NCBI GenBank assembly: GCA_031409335.1
Contig: JANNWY010000071.1
Location: forward strand, 14,440 to 78,439
Source of the DNA: Chthoniobacteraceae bacterium
Lineage (GTDB): Bacteria > Verrucomicrobiota > Verrucomicrobiia > Chthoniobacterales > Chthoniobacteraceae
Reading direction: 5' to 3'
Length of the DNA stretch: 64,000 nucleotides
Shown here: one piece after another, positions 29,210 to 39,648 of the stretch
How positions within the stretch are numbered: the stretch's first letter is position 1
How the letters are laid out: each line of letters begins with the position of its first letter
Made by a program: the position numbers and the translations under genes
Notes under the pieces: generated by a model
Database searches by the model: none
Seen by the model: the letters and a program-made list of their open reading frames with translations, nothing else
Told to the model about the DNA's origin: nothing

Positions 29210-31489
29210 ATGACTGCCAGCACACGACATTCTCCGCAACCCGCTCCATTCGGAATCGATGCCCAAGGCGTCATGTTGATTCTCTTCCGTCACAAATGGA
29301 AGATTCTCCTCCTGACGATTGCCGGACTCGCGGCCGCAGCAGCCGTTTATCTCCTGCTGCCGCCGGTTTTTGAATCCAGCGCCAAATTACTCGTGCGATA
29401 CGTTCTGGAACGCAGTGCGATTGACTCCGTTGACTCAAAGGATGGAACTGGCGGGAATCGCAACAACGATAGCATCATCAATTCCGAAATCGAAATTCTT
29501 ACCAGTTGGGATCTGGCGGCTGATGTTGCCGAGCAGATTGGCGTGGAGCGCCTGGCATCAAAATCCTCTGGCTCATCGAGTAAAGCTGAGGCAGCTCGAG
29601 TCATTAGCCTTGGATTGACCGCATCTGCGCTGAAAGGAAGCAATGTCATCACGGTTTCATTCAGGCATCGTGATCCGGAGATCGCGTCGTTAGTACTTTC
29701 CGAACTACTAAGCCGCTATTTTACAAAGCATCTCGAGGTGCATCGCTCCGTAGGCGCATTCGATTTCGTTACACAACAGACCGATCAAGTCAGGAGTCGA
29801 CTGAGGCAGACGGAAGAGGAACTTAAAACTTTCAAATCCAAAGCCGGAATCATCTCCCTTCCTGAAACTACTTCTTCACTCAGCGTGCAGCTCGGAAGGA
29901 GCCAGGAAGAACTGCTTGCGGCTGAGGCGCAGCGTGCTGAACAGCTTGCCAGGGTAAAAGAGTTGGAGAAATGGCTTTCTGGCGGCACCGCCCCTCGGTC
30001 GGAACCTGTCGCGACCATTCAAGGAAAAAACTCCGGCCAAACGCCGCAGCCCGGCGACGTTGTTCCAACCCAACCTGAGACACCGCTTTCACAACCACCT
30101 GGCAACTCGGACGTGCAAAAGTATGACGCGTTGAACGACCGGATTGCCCGTGAACGCCAGCTTGAGCTTAGTCTTCTCGCAAAATACACACCCGAGAATG
30201 AATTGGTAAAGCAATGCCAGGGACAGATCGCGACTCTGGATCGCCAAAAACGAGACTTTGAGAAGCGTTTCCCAAGTCTAGTTGCAGTTGCGCCCGGCAA
30301 ACCAAACACCGCGAAAGTTTCTCAGGTTGATCTCGTGTCAGAGCGAGCGCGCCTGGCAGCAGTGGAGGCGAAGACTGAAACGCTTCGCGCTCAAGTCCGG
30401 GCGGCGCAGGAAAAGATCAAGCAATTCTCTGAGGTCGGAACACAAATCTCAGAGCTGGAACGACGGAAAGATGTGGAGGAGACAAACTACAAATACTTTG
30501 AGTCGAGCCTTGAAAAAGCGCGAATCGACGAAGCGCTCGATCCATCAAAGATTCCAAACATCAACGTCGTCCAGAAGCCGTCCCCACCCGCCAAGGTCGT
30601 CGATCAGCTCCGGAAACTGGTGCTGGGTATTGCCGCTGGCGGCCTTGCCCTGGGAATCGCCATTGCCATGTTAGTCGACCTCCTCTTCGACAAGAGTGTA
30701 AAATCTGCGCTGGATCTGGAAGGTCGCCTGCGGTTGCCGGTGTTGCGTTCCATTCCACACCTCTCTCGCAACGGTCATTCGCGGGCACAACTGGGTTATG
30801 ACGGCAAACCCAGCGCAAAACGAACTTTGAAAGGACGCGAGAACGGCAGCGCCAGCCGCCAAATTAGTCATCGCATCAAGCCATTTTGCGATGGCATCCG
30901 CGATCGGATCATCCTTCACTTTGAAATCAATCGCCTGCTTCACAAACCGAAGCTAATCGCCGTGACGGGCTGCTCCGAGGGAGTTGGAACTTCCACTATC
31001 GCCGCAGGTCTTGCCGCCTCACTATCCGAGACTGGGGACGACAAGGTTTTGCTCGTTGATATGAACATGGACCAGGCGAAGGACCATCCTCTGTTTGATC
31101 AGACTTCATCTTGCTTGTTGACCGAAGCAATAGAGCCCGGAAAACAAATTGTTTCAGCTGCGGATAACCTCTACTTGGCGACCGTTGGCGAGAAGAGTGC
31201 GGTCCCCGTCCAGATTGGTCCCAAGAAGTTTTATGATCTGCTTCCCCGACTCAAGGCAAGCGACTTTGACTACATCATCTTTGACATGCCACCCATGAAC
31301 CAAAGCGGCGCAACGATCTCCGTGGCCGGATTTATGGATAAGGTTCTCCTTGTCGTCGAGGCGGAAAAAGACACGCGAGTTGCCGTCAAAAGTGCGCATG
31401 ATGATCTGCTTGCAGCCAAGGCGGATGTCTCAAGTGTTGTGAACAAGACGCGCTCCTATGCTCCGGAATGGGTCGGACTTGGTGCATGA
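29210..31489 (+). CDS. wzc: Polysaccharide co-polymerase, Wzc/GumC-like, with a degenerate tyrosine-kinase domain
   Basis: Two TM helices flank a long coiled coil; C-terminal P-loop domain GCSEGVGTST / VLLVD / YIIFDMPP. Confidence 0.8.
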   Translation: MTASTRHSPQPAPFGIDAQGVMLILFRHKWKILLLTIAGLAAAAAVYLLLPPVFESSAKLLVRYVLERSAIDSVDSKDGTGGNRNNDSIINSEIEILTSWDLAADVAEQIGVERLASKSSGSSSKAEAARVISLGLTASALKGSNVITVSFRHRDPEIASLVLSELLSRYFTKHLEVHRSVGAFDFVTQQTDQVRSRLRQTEEELKTFKSKAGIISLPETTSSLSVQLGRSQEELLAAEAQRAEQLARVKELEKWLSGGTAPRSEPVATIQGKNSGQTPQPGDVVPTQPETPLSQPPGNSDVQKYDALNDRIARERQLELSLLAKYTPENELVKQCQGQIATLDRQKRDFEKRFPSLVAVAPGKPNTAKVSQVDLVSERARLAAVEAKTETLRAQVRAAQEKIKQFSEVGTQISELERRKDVEETNYKYFESSLEKARIDEALDPSKIPNINVVQKPSPPAKVVDQLRKLVLGIAAGGLALGIAIAMLVDLLFDKSVKSALDLEGRLRLPVLRSIPHLSRNGHSRAQLGYDGKPSAKRTLKGRENGSASRQISHRIKPFCDGIRDRIILHFEINRLLHKPKLIAVTGCSEGVGTSTIAAGLAASLSETGDDKVLLVDMNMDQAKDHPLFDQTSSCLLTEAIEPGKQIVSAADNLYLATVGEKSAVPVQIGPKKFYDLLPRLKASDFDYIIFDMPPMNQSGATISVAGFMDKVLLVVEAEKDTRVAVKSAHDDLLAAKADVSSVVNKTRSYAPEWVGLGA

Positions 31490-31524
31490 TTCGCTGGCCA
31501 ATTGAATGCCTCCATTAGTTTTTC

Positions 31525-33678
31525 ATGCTTCGTAACAAGCTCTATTTTTGGCTTAAGCCGTTCATTCCCCTTTCGCTCCGCCTTGCCGCGCGGCGGTGGT
31601 TCGTTGCGCACCTTCTGCCCAAAGTTCCGGACAGATGGCCCATCCTGCCTGGCTCAGATCGCTTGCCAAACAACTGGCCCGGATGGCCCGATGGAAAGCA
31701 GTTCGCATTCGTTCTTACTCACGATGTGGAAAGCGAAGCCGGTCTCAAACGCGTAAAAGCGCTTGCGGAATTTGAGATGACGCTCGGTTTCCGTTCGTCG
31801 TTCAACTTCATCCCGGACGGTCCCTACCAAGTAACTCCCGGGCTTCGCCAATGGCTCGTCGATAGCGGTTTTGAGGTGGGAGTCCACGATCTTCACCACG
31901 ATGGAAAGCTCTACCGCAGCCGCAAAGCGTTTCAGCGCAAAGCGGCCCGTATAAATGAATACCTGAAGGATTGGCAGGCCGTCGGTTTCCGTTCCGGCTT
32001 CATGTTGAACCGCCTGGACTGGCTGCATGAATTGGACGTCACCTATGACGCTTCGACTTTCGACACTGACCCCTTCGAGCCTCAACCGGAGGGAACGAAC
32101 ACCATATTTCCGTTCTGGATCCCACGACCACCGAATCTCGGCGGGCGAAAAACAGATGACGGTTACGTCGAACTGCCCTACACATTGCCCCAAGATTCCA
32201 CCTTGTTTATGCTATTGGGTGAAACCACCCCGGCAATTTGGTTAAAGAAGTTGGATTGGGTGGCCGAACGCGGCGGAATGGCAGCACTGATCGTTCATCC
32301 AGATTACGTGTGCTTTCCCGGCGATGCACCATCCACGCGCACCTTTCCTTTGGCATTTTACGAATCCCTCCTCAAGCATGTCAGGAAACAACATAAAAAC
32401 TTGTTCTGGCACGCCCTTCCCAGGGAGATAGCTTCATTCACAGCCACCCACAAGCCGCTGCGACACCCGAAGCCAAAACGCATCTGCATGCTTTGCTACT
32501 CGCACTATCAGACAGATGCTCGAGTTACCCGCTACGCTGATAGTCTTGCTGATCGTGGGGACCATGTCGATGTTATTGCGCTCCGACGAGCCTCTGAAAG
32601 CCCGTCCAAAGAAAAACTCGGAGAAGTAAATCTAATTTGCCCGCAGTCTCGTGTTGGAAAGACGGAGCAATCGCCTCTCGCTTTTTTGTTTCCGTTGTTG
32701 CGCTTTCTGTTTTCGTCCACTTTTCTGATCACAAAGCGACATTTCCACCAGCGCTATGACTTGCTGCACATTCACAATATGCCGGATTTTCTGGTATTCG
32801 CGGCACTCTTTCCGAAGCTCACAGGTGCCAAAGTTGTCTTGGACATTCATGATATTGTTCCCGAGTTGTATGAGAGCAAGTTCGGCTCCCAAAGCCGGTC
32901 TCTTACACTGACGGCGTTAAAGTGGGTAGAAACACTTTCGGCACGTTTTTCGGACCACATTATTATTTCCAACCATTTGTGGCGGGACAAGTTTGCAGAA
33001 CGCAACAATGCCGCTTCCAAATGCTCAGTGTTCATTAACAACGTGGACTCGCAGGTCTTTGCGGCTCGTCCACGCAATCGGAATGATGGCAAGATTGTTA
33101 TCTTGTTTCCGGGAGGCTTGCAGTGGCACCAGGGACTTGATATTGCCTTAGAAGCCTTTCAGGAGGTGAGTAGGCAGCTACCCCATGCGCAGTTTCATAT
33201 TTATGGGGATGGCATTATGAAACCATCTCTGCTGGCTTTGGCAGCTGAGTTGGGATTCAACGGCAACGTCCGCTTTTTCGATCCGTTGCCAGTAAAAGAA
33301 ATAGCCGCCGTGATGGCGGAGGCGGACTTGGGTGTCGTGCCAAAGCGAGCTGACTCTTTTGGCAATGAGGCATACAGCACAAAAATCATGGAGTTTATGT
33401 CCATGGGCATCCCTGTGGTCATCTCGAACACCAAGATCGACAAATTCTATTTCGACAATTCAGTAGCGCACTTCTTTGAGTCGGGTAATCCTGACTCCCT
33501 GGCGCAAGCGATTCTTGAAGTTCTTGGGAACGATGCCACGCGGCATGAGATGGTAGCTCGCGCCCGCTCGTATGCGGCGCGCAATAGTTGGGATTCACGC
33601 AAGGATGATTATTTTCGGCTCATCGACTCCCTGTCGGATCCCGAGTTTATCCCGTCGAAACGCGCAAACGAGGCATGA
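31525..33678 (+). CDS. Fusion of a polysaccharide-deacetylase-like domain and a GT4 glycosyltransferase
   Basis: N-terminal FVLTHDVE...EVGVH...HDG...GFRS...YD.S...ELP.TLPQD; C-terminal GT-B fold DARV...HIHNMPD...DIHD..PE...STKIMEFM..G.PV. Confidence 0.85.
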   Translation: MLRNKLYFWLKPFIPLSLRLAARRWFVAHLLPKVPDRWPILPGSDRLPNNWPGWPDGKQFAFVLTHDVESEAGLKRVKALAEFEMTLGFRSSFNFIPDGPYQVTPGLRQWLVDSGFEVGVHDLHHDGKLYRSRKAFQRKAARINEYLKDWQAVGFRSGFMLNRLDWLHELDVTYDASTFDTDPFEPQPEGTNTIFPFWIPRPPNLGGRKTDDGYVELPYTLPQDSTLFMLLGETTPAIWLKKLDWVAERGGMAALIVHPDYVCFPGDAPSTRTFPLAFYESLLKHVRKQHKNLFWHALPREIASFTATHKPLRHPKPKRICMLCYSHYQTDARVTRYADSLADRGDHVDVIALRRASESPSKEKLGEVNLICPQSRVGKTEQSPLAFLFPLLRFLFSSTFLITKRHFHQRYDLLHIHNMPDFLVFAALFPKLTGAKVVLDIHDIVPELYESKFGSQSRSLTLTALKWVETLSARFSDHIIISNHLWRDKFAERNNAASKCSVFINNVDSQVFAARPRNRNDGKIVILFPGGLQWHQGLDIALEAFQEVSRQLPHAQFHIYGDGIMKPSLLALAAELGFNGNVRFFDPLPVKEIAAVMAEADLGVVPKRADSFGNEAYSTKIMEFMSMGIPVVISNTKIDKFYFDNSVAHFFESGNPDSLAQAILEVLGNDATRHEMVARARSYAARNSWDSRKDDYFRLIDSLSDPEFIPSKRANEA

Positions 33679-34535
33679 AAATGCGTTGGGACAGACTCAT
33701 TTCCCTGCGCGTTGCCCAACCTCTCCTGGCGCTTCGGCCTTGCTCACAACCGCATTTGCCAGTTTTAATGTATCACAGCATTTCAGAAGACCCCGAACCA
33801 AACCGTTCGCCCTACTACAAGGTCTGTACTTCTCCGCAACAATTTGCGGACCAAATACGCTGGCTTGACGACAACGGCTATTTGGGCGTCAGGCTCGAAA
33901 CAGGTCTTGCTTGGTTGACTTCAATGATGCCATCATCCAATTGCCGACCTGTCGCGATCACGTTTGATGATGGATTCAGGGATTTCTACACGGAAGCTTT
34001 CCCGATCCTTCAGCGTCATCGTTTTCAGGCAACGATGTATCTCCCGACCGGATTCATCGCGGACGAGCGACAAGCATTTCAGTCGCGCGATTGCCTGACA
34101 TGGACTGAAGTATCTGAACTTCATTCCACCGGAATCGAGTTCGGCTCCCACACGGTTACCCACCCGAAGCTGATCGAGTTGGACTGGACGGGGGTCGAGG
34201 AGGAATTACGGAAATCAAAATGTATCATTGAGAACCGCCTTGGGACGAGCGTCAATTCGTTTGCCTATCCCTACGCATATCCTAAAGCCAAAAAGGACTT
34301 CGTGACTCGCTTTCGACAAACACTTCAGGCGACAGGCTATCAATCATGCGCCACCACGGAAGTCGGGCGGCAAAGCCCCGCCGACGACTTGCTTTCAATA
34401 AAGCGCCTTCCAGTCAACGATGAAGACGGCGCGACCTTTCTCCGAGCTAAAATCGAAGGCGCCTACGATTGGCTAGCCATTCCGCAGTCAGCCGCCAAAG
34501 CCGCTCGTCACTTTCTGCGATCACATGGCGGATGA
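33675..34535 (+). CDS. Polysaccharide deacetylase (NodB/CE4)
   Basis: VLMYH, ITFDDG, FGSHTVTHP, FAYPY. Confidence 0.9.
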   Translation: MKMRWDRLISLRVAQPLLALRPCSQPHLPVLMYHSISEDPEPNRSPYYKVCTSPQQFADQIRWLDDNGYLGVRLETGLAWLTSMMPSSNCRPVAITFDDGFRDFYTEAFPILQRHRFQATMYLPTGFIADERQAFQSRDCLTWTEVSELHSTGIEFGSHTVTHPKLIELDWTGVEEELRKSKCIIENRLGTSVNSFAYPYAYPKAKKDFVTRFRQTLQATGYQSCATTEVGRQSPADDLLSIKRLPVNDEDGATFLRAKIEGAYDWLAIPQSAAKAARHFLRSHGG

Positions 34536-35577
34536 GTTAGATTCTTTCTCCGGCCACACATTGCTGACAGCAAACAAACAGTCCGGCTTCAACGATAAAT
34601 TCGATATGACTTTTCGTTCACATAGTGAAACGCTCAATCTTGATTCTGTTAACCGTCCGGTAACAGGCAGGCCGCATTACGTCTTAATCACTGCCGCCCA
34701 CAACGAGGAGGATTTTATTGAGAAAACCATTCTGTCGGTGATCGCACAAACACACCGGCCGCTTAAATGGATTGTCGTGAACGATGGTTCGAATGATAAG
34801 ACCAGGGAGCGGGTAGAATCAAAAGTCCAAGGCTACGACTTCATCACCCTAGTCAATCTGGAAAGAGCAGGCGGGCGGAATTTTGGGCGGAAAATACTGG
34901 CCTTTAATCGTGGACTCGAGGAAGTGCAGTATCTTGACTATGCATTTGTGGGCAATTTGGATGCGGACATCTCCGTTGCGCCGGACTATTTTGGAAACAT
35001 TCTGGATGAATTTGCTGCCGATCGCAGACTCGGACTTGCGGGCGGGATTGTGTACACAAAATCCGGCGCAACCTTCGTCACATACGATCAGACATTGGAC
35101 AGTATCGGCGGTGCCGTACAGGTGTTTCGCCGCCAGTGCATGGAAGATGTTGGAGGCTATCCTGTCTTTGAGCAAGGCGGCGAGGACGCCGCCGTGGAAA
35201 TCACCGCGCGAATGAAGGGATGGAAGGTCCGCAAATTCCCCGAGAATCGCGCTTACGAACAGCGGAGAACCGGAACGGCCAACACCGGCATCCTTCGATC
35301 GAAGGTGCGGGAAGGCAGTCGCTTTTACTCCCTTGGTTACGGCTTTTTATTTTACGCGCTTAGGTGCTTGTATCGACTGCCGGAACGCCCGTTGGTGCTT
35401 GGCAGCACCGCAGCATTATTCGGTTATTTGAAAAGCATGTTTCAAGGATTGCCGGTCAACCTGTCGGGCGAGGTGGTAAGTTATTTGCGGGCGGAGCAGC
35501 GGAAAAAACTCAGACAAATGGCTGCCGCGCCGTTCTCAATCGTGCTGCGAAAGCCGATGCGACCAGTTTCGGATTAA
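34525..35577 (+). CDS. GT2 glycosyltransferase
   Basis: ITAAHNEE, IVVNDGS.D, NLDAD, GGED; start uncertain (alternative ATG 34606). Confidence 0.88.
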   Translation: MADELDSFSGHTLLTANKQSGFNDKFDMTFRSHSETLNLDSVNRPVTGRPHYVLITAAHNEEDFIEKTILSVIAQTHRPLKWIVVNDGSNDKTRERVESKVQGYDFITLVNLERAGGRNFGRKILAFNRGLEEVQYLDYAFVGNLDADISVAPDYFGNILDEFAADRRLGLAGGIVYTKSGATFVTYDQTLDSIGGAVQVFRRQCMEDVGGYPVFEQGGEDAAVEITARMKGWKVRKFPENRAYEQRRTGTANTGILRSKVREGSRFYSLGYGFLFYALRCLYRLPERPLVLGSTAALFGYLKSMFQGLPVNLSGEVVSYLRAEQRKKLRQMAAAPFSIVLRKPMRPVSD

Positions 35578-35588
35578 ATGCCAACATT

Positions 35589-36689
35589 ATGAATCAGCGA
35601 CTGCTCAAACTTTTAATCTGTCCGTCGTGCCAGAAAACCCCGCAATTGATTAGCTTTGACGGAGGCAACCCCGACCAGGGCGTTAACTTGCAGAATTGCG
35701 ACGGGGAGGTTGTTTCCGGCGCTCTGAAATGCGAGTGCGGCGTGACTTTTCCCATCATTGACGGCGTACCTCGATTCCTCGAAAACGGCTTGATCGCTGA
35801 CGAGAGTTTCGCCGCTACTTACAAAGCCCAGTTGGAGAAAATCACCGGCCGCTCCAGCAATGCTACGATGGCGACGCAGAATGGGGCCGGTGAGGATTAT
35901 GAGAACATTCGAAAGTCATTCAGTCAGGAATGGGGATTGTTTGATTATGACGCCGACAAAACGTGGGGTTGGAGTTTGGATCAGCGAAAAGCCGTTTTCT
36001 TATCGGATGTCGGCTTGAAACCCGGCCAATTGGTTGGTCAAAAACTGTTGGACGGCGGATGTGGAAACGGAACCCTGAGTGCCGCATTAAGCACCTTCGG
36101 TTTGGAAGTTACCGGCTTGGATCTCAATGATGGACTCGGGCGTGCGTATAAAAATCGGAGCAAATACACTTCGGCGGACGCGGCGGAGCGGGTGCAATAC
36201 GTTCAAGGCAATCTCGTCACGCCACCACTGCAGCCCGACTCTTTTGACTTGGTTTACAGTTCGGGAGTCATCCATCACACCCCCAGCTCGAAGCGGGCAT
36301 TCGCCAGCTTGTCCCGGATGCCTAGGAGAGGCGGACGTTTGTATGTCTGGGTGTATTGCAAGAGAGGTTGGCCGGTGCGCGTTTTCTTTGGCGTGGGCCG
36401 AAGCCTCAAACAGTGGATTTCGTTGAAATCCGTCTTGGGCATCTGCCAGACGCTTGCCCCATTGCACAAAATGGCTGCGGTTTGTTTGAACGCCCTTGGC
36501 TTAATGAAGTTCAGGCCAAGGACAACGCGCGAGATTACCCTCGACCTCTTCGATGCATTCGCCCCTCGATTTAACCATTGGCATACCGAGGCGGAGGTTC
36601 AGAGTTGGTTTGAGGAATATGGGTTTGAAAACATCCAGCCCTCGGGCATTCAAAAACACGGGTTCGGAATGTATGGTGACAAACGCTGA
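35589..36689 (+). CDS. Trm112-like zinc-ribbon fused to a class I SAM methyltransferase
   Basis: LLICPSC...LKCECGVTFPIIDGVPRF, then LDGGCGNG and FDLVYSSGVIHHT; start moved to ATG 35589. Confidence 0.85.
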   Translation: MNQRLLKLLICPSCQKTPQLISFDGGNPDQGVNLQNCDGEVVSGALKCECGVTFPIIDGVPRFLENGLIADESFAATYKAQLEKITGRSSNATMATQNGAGEDYENIRKSFSQEWGLFDYDADKTWGWSLDQRKAVFLSDVGLKPGQLVGQKLLDGGCGNGTLSAALSTFGLEVTGLDLNDGLGRAYKNRSKYTSADAAERVQYVQGNLVTPPLQPDSFDLVYSSGVIHHTPSSKRAFASLSRMPRRGGRLYVWVYCKRGWPVRVFFGVGRSLKQWISLKSVLGICQTLAPLHKMAAVCLNALGLMKFRPRTTREITLDLFDAFAPRFNHWHTEAEVQSWFEEYGFENIQPSGIQKHGFGMYGDKR

Positions 36690-36742
36690 CGGAACAGTCG
36701 TTTCGCCGTCTGTTTCCTAAACTGGATCGGACGCATCGATTT

Positions 36743-38620
36743 ATGTGCGGCATTGCCGGTATCTTCAATTTTTCCCAGGGCAGAATAGACCGGGAACTCT
36801 TGCGAAGAATGACGTCCGCCATCCGTCACCGAGGCCCAGACGGTGAGGGTGAATACGTGAACGGCGAAATCGGCCTTGGTCACCGGCGACTAAGTATCAT
36901 CGACCTTGGCGGCGGTGCCCAACCGATTGGTAACGAAGACAATAGCATACAGATTGTCTTTAACGGCGAAATCTACAACTTTGTCGAACTGCGCGATCAA
37001 CTTGCGAAATGCGGGCATGAATTTAGAACGAAGTCCGACACAGAAGTCATCGTTCATGCCTACGAACAGTGGGGAACGGCCTGCGTAAAACGGTTCAATG
37101 GCATGTTTGCGTTCGCGCTGTGGGATGGAAAGAAGCGTGAACTGTTTCTGGCACGCGATCATCTGGGCATTAAACCTCTCTATTACATTCGCGTCCAGGA
37201 CACCCTTTTGTTCGCTTCGGAGATTAAGGCTTTGTTGGAGCACCCCGCCTGTCCGCGCGAGGTCGATCTCGAGTCGCTGGCAGAGTTGTTCACTTTTCGA
37301 TACGTACCTTCACCGAAGACTTTGTTTGCACAGGTGATGAAATTGCCTCCCGCCCACCTGATGACTGTTAATTCGTCGGGAATGCGGATCGAAAGATTCT
37401 GGCAATGGGTGCCCGGTCATCGGCGCACCGAGAGTGAAGCCGACCTCGTGGAGGAATATAGGCATCTTATGGAAGACGCGGTCCGTCTGCAGATGCGCAG
37501 CGACGTGCCTTTGGGCTTGTTCCTCAGTTCCGGCGTTGATTCAGGGGTATTGCTTGCCATCATGCGCAAGTATTCCTCCGGTCCTGTGCGAGCCTTTACC
37601 ATCGGCTTCGAGGGTGGGGAAGCGACTAATGAAATCGAAGATGCTGCCGCGATGGCGCGCGACTTCGGAGCGGATCACCAACACCAGATGCTGACGCCCG
37701 ACGACTACACGGGTTACTATGACCGCTATATGCAGGATTTGGAGGAGCCTGTCGGCAACGAAACAGCCGCAGCTTTCTATTTTGTCTCCCGCATCACCAG
37801 CCGGGAGGTAAAGGTGGCGCTGACAGGCCAGGGGGCGGACGAGCAGTGGGCCGGGTATGATCGTTACAAAGGCATCAAGCTATCGAGCATTTACAGCCGT
37901 CTGCCCGGTGGACTTCTCAACACCGTGGCTCCGCTGGCGGCGAAAATGTCCGGGCGCATGGAGCGGCTGAAGCGCGGCGTGGCATCGCTGAGTGAGCCCG
38001 ATACGCTAACGCGCTTTGCCAAAGTATATTCGTTTTTTAGCGCCGCTATGAAAGCACAACTCTACAAGGGAGTGCTGAAACAATCTTTTGACGCCGACGC
38101 CTTCGGAACCCGGCGGGCGCTGGCCCGCCTGCAGTCCGATGTGCAGCATCTCGATCCGCTCAGTCAGATGCTCTACATCGACACCCGCGCCAGTCTGCCT
38201 GATGACCTTTTGATGGTCGGCGACAAAACCTCGATGGCCAACTCACTCGAAGCCCGGGTTCCTTTCCTCGACTACCGGCTCGTCGAGTTTGTCGAAAGCC
38301 TCCCGGTTAACTTGAAGCTGCGGGGCTTTACCGGAAAGTACTTGCACAAAAAAGCCTGTGAGCAGTGGCTGCCGAAGCAGGTGATTCACAGAAAGAAGAA
38401 GGGTTTTGCCAATCCTATTGCGGACTGGTTCCGCTCGAGAATGCAGGGATTCGTCGAGGAATGCCTGCTGGGTTCACAATCGTCGATGGGGCTGTATTTC
38501 GATCAGCAATACATTCGGCGGATCATCGAGGAAGACCGTTCGGGAAAGCAGAATTGGCGGAGGAACATATACTTGCTGGTGTCTTTGGAGTTATGGCACC
38601 GGGCATTTATCAAAAAGTGA
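36743..38620 (+). CDS. asnB: Asparagine synthase (glutamine-hydrolysing) family amidotransferase
   Basis: N-terminal MCGIAG, HRGPD, RLSIIDL, FNGEIYN, LSSGVDS, TGQGADE. Confidence 0.93.
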   Translation: MCGIAGIFNFSQGRIDRELLRRMTSAIRHRGPDGEGEYVNGEIGLGHRRLSIIDLGGGAQPIGNEDNSIQIVFNGEIYNFVELRDQLAKCGHEFRTKSDTEVIVHAYEQWGTACVKRFNGMFAFALWDGKKRELFLARDHLGIKPLYYIRVQDTLLFASEIKALLEHPACPREVDLESLAELFTFRYVPSPKTLFAQVMKLPPAHLMTVNSSGMRIERFWQWVPGHRRTESEADLVEEYRHLMEDAVRLQMRSDVPLGLFLSSGVDSGVLLAIMRKYSSGPVRAFTIGFEGGEATNEIEDAAAMARDFGADHQHQMLTPDDYTGYYDRYMQDLEEPVGNETAAAFYFVSRITSREVKVALTGQGADEQWAGYDRYKGIKLSSIYSRLPGGLLNTVAPLAAKMSGRMERLKRGVASLSEPDTLTRFAKVYSFFSAAMKAQLYKGVLKQSFDADAFGTRRALARLQSDVQHLDPLSQMLYIDTRASLPDDLLMVGDKTSMANSLEARVPFLDYRLVEFVESLPVNLKLRGFTGKYLHKKACEQWLPKQVIHRKKKGFANPIADWFRSRMQGFVEECLLGSQSSMGLYFDQQYIRRIIEEDRSGKQNWRRNIYLLVSLELWHRAFIKK

Positions 38621-39648
38621 AACGCACACTTTCCATCCTGATTGTCAACTGGCACTCCCGGGACTATCTCCAGCGCTGTCTTGAGAGCGTGGAGGCTACT
38701 TGCCGCGAGCTTTCACCCCAAGTGATTGTCGTCGATGGCGCGTCCTTCGATGGGTGCGACCAAATGATGGCGCGACAATTTCCTTCCGCAAAGTTTATTC
38801 AGAGTGAGCACAACATCGGATTCGGGCGCTGCAACAATTTGGGATTGGCGCAGATTAACAGCGACCTGGTTCTGCTGCTGAACCCGGACACGGAACTACA
38901 CAACGGCGCGCTGGCTCGTTTGATGCAGGTGCTCGATGACAATCCCGAATATGGAATTGTGTCCGGTCGCCTTCTGAATTCGGACGGCACTTTGCAATCC
39001 AGTTGCGTGCAATCGCTGCCGACGCCTATAAATCAGGCGCTGGACTGCGATTTTCTCAGGAAAGTATTCCCTGCTTCCAGGCTCTGGGGCACCGGCGCGG
39101 CATTTGCGAGCGAGACGCCGATCGAGGTGGAGGCAGTTAGCGGGGCTTGCATGCTGCTGCGAACGGAGGTCTTTCGAGGTCTTGGGGGTTTTAGAGATGA
39201 TTACTTCATGTATGGCGAGGATATTGACCTTTGCTACAGGGTGCGTGCGCAGGGCCTTAAAGTGATCTTCGTCCCCGATGCGAAAACCGTCCATCATGGC
39301 GGCGGCAGTTCCCGCACACAATTTAGCGGCTTCAGCGACAAGATGCTTCGGGTTGCCGGGGAAACTTATTTCAGGCAGAATTGCGGAAAGGCGGCGGCAC
39401 TACTATACCGTCTTCTCCAGGCGGTTTCAGCAATCGTTCGACTTCCGTTGATCGTTCTGGCGTTTTTGATGTTCTCCGGGGAGCGCCGCCTTGCAGCGCG
39501 TGTTTCTGCGCAGAAATGGATGGTGGTGCTGCGCTGGGCATTGGGAGAAAGGCAGACACTTCCTCGGACATCACCCAAAGCCACTACTCCTGTTCGGCAT
39601 TCGCCCATGAAGGAAACGCCCCAGGAAACTCCTATTTCCACAATATGA
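38617..39648 (+). CDS. GT2 glycosyltransferase
   Basis: SILIVNW, VVDGAS.D, LLLNPD, SGACML, FMYGEDIDLC; GTG start overlaps the asnB stop. Confidence 0.9.
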   Translation: MKRTLSILIVNWHSRDYLQRCLESVEATCRELSPQVIVVDGASFDGCDQMMARQFPSAKFIQSEHNIGFGRCNNLGLAQINSDLVLLLNPDTELHNGALARLMQVLDDNPEYGIVSGRLLNSDGTLQSSCVQSLPTPINQALDCDFLRKVFPASRLWGTGAAFASETPIEVEAVSGACMLLRTEVFRGLGGFRDDYFMYGEDIDLCYRVRAQGLKVIFVPDAKTVHHGGGSSRTQFSGFSDKMLRVAGETYFRQNCGKAAALLYRLLQAVSAIVRLPLIVLAFLMFSGERRLAARVSAQKWMVVLRWALGERQTLPRTSPKATTPVRHSPMKETPQETPISTI

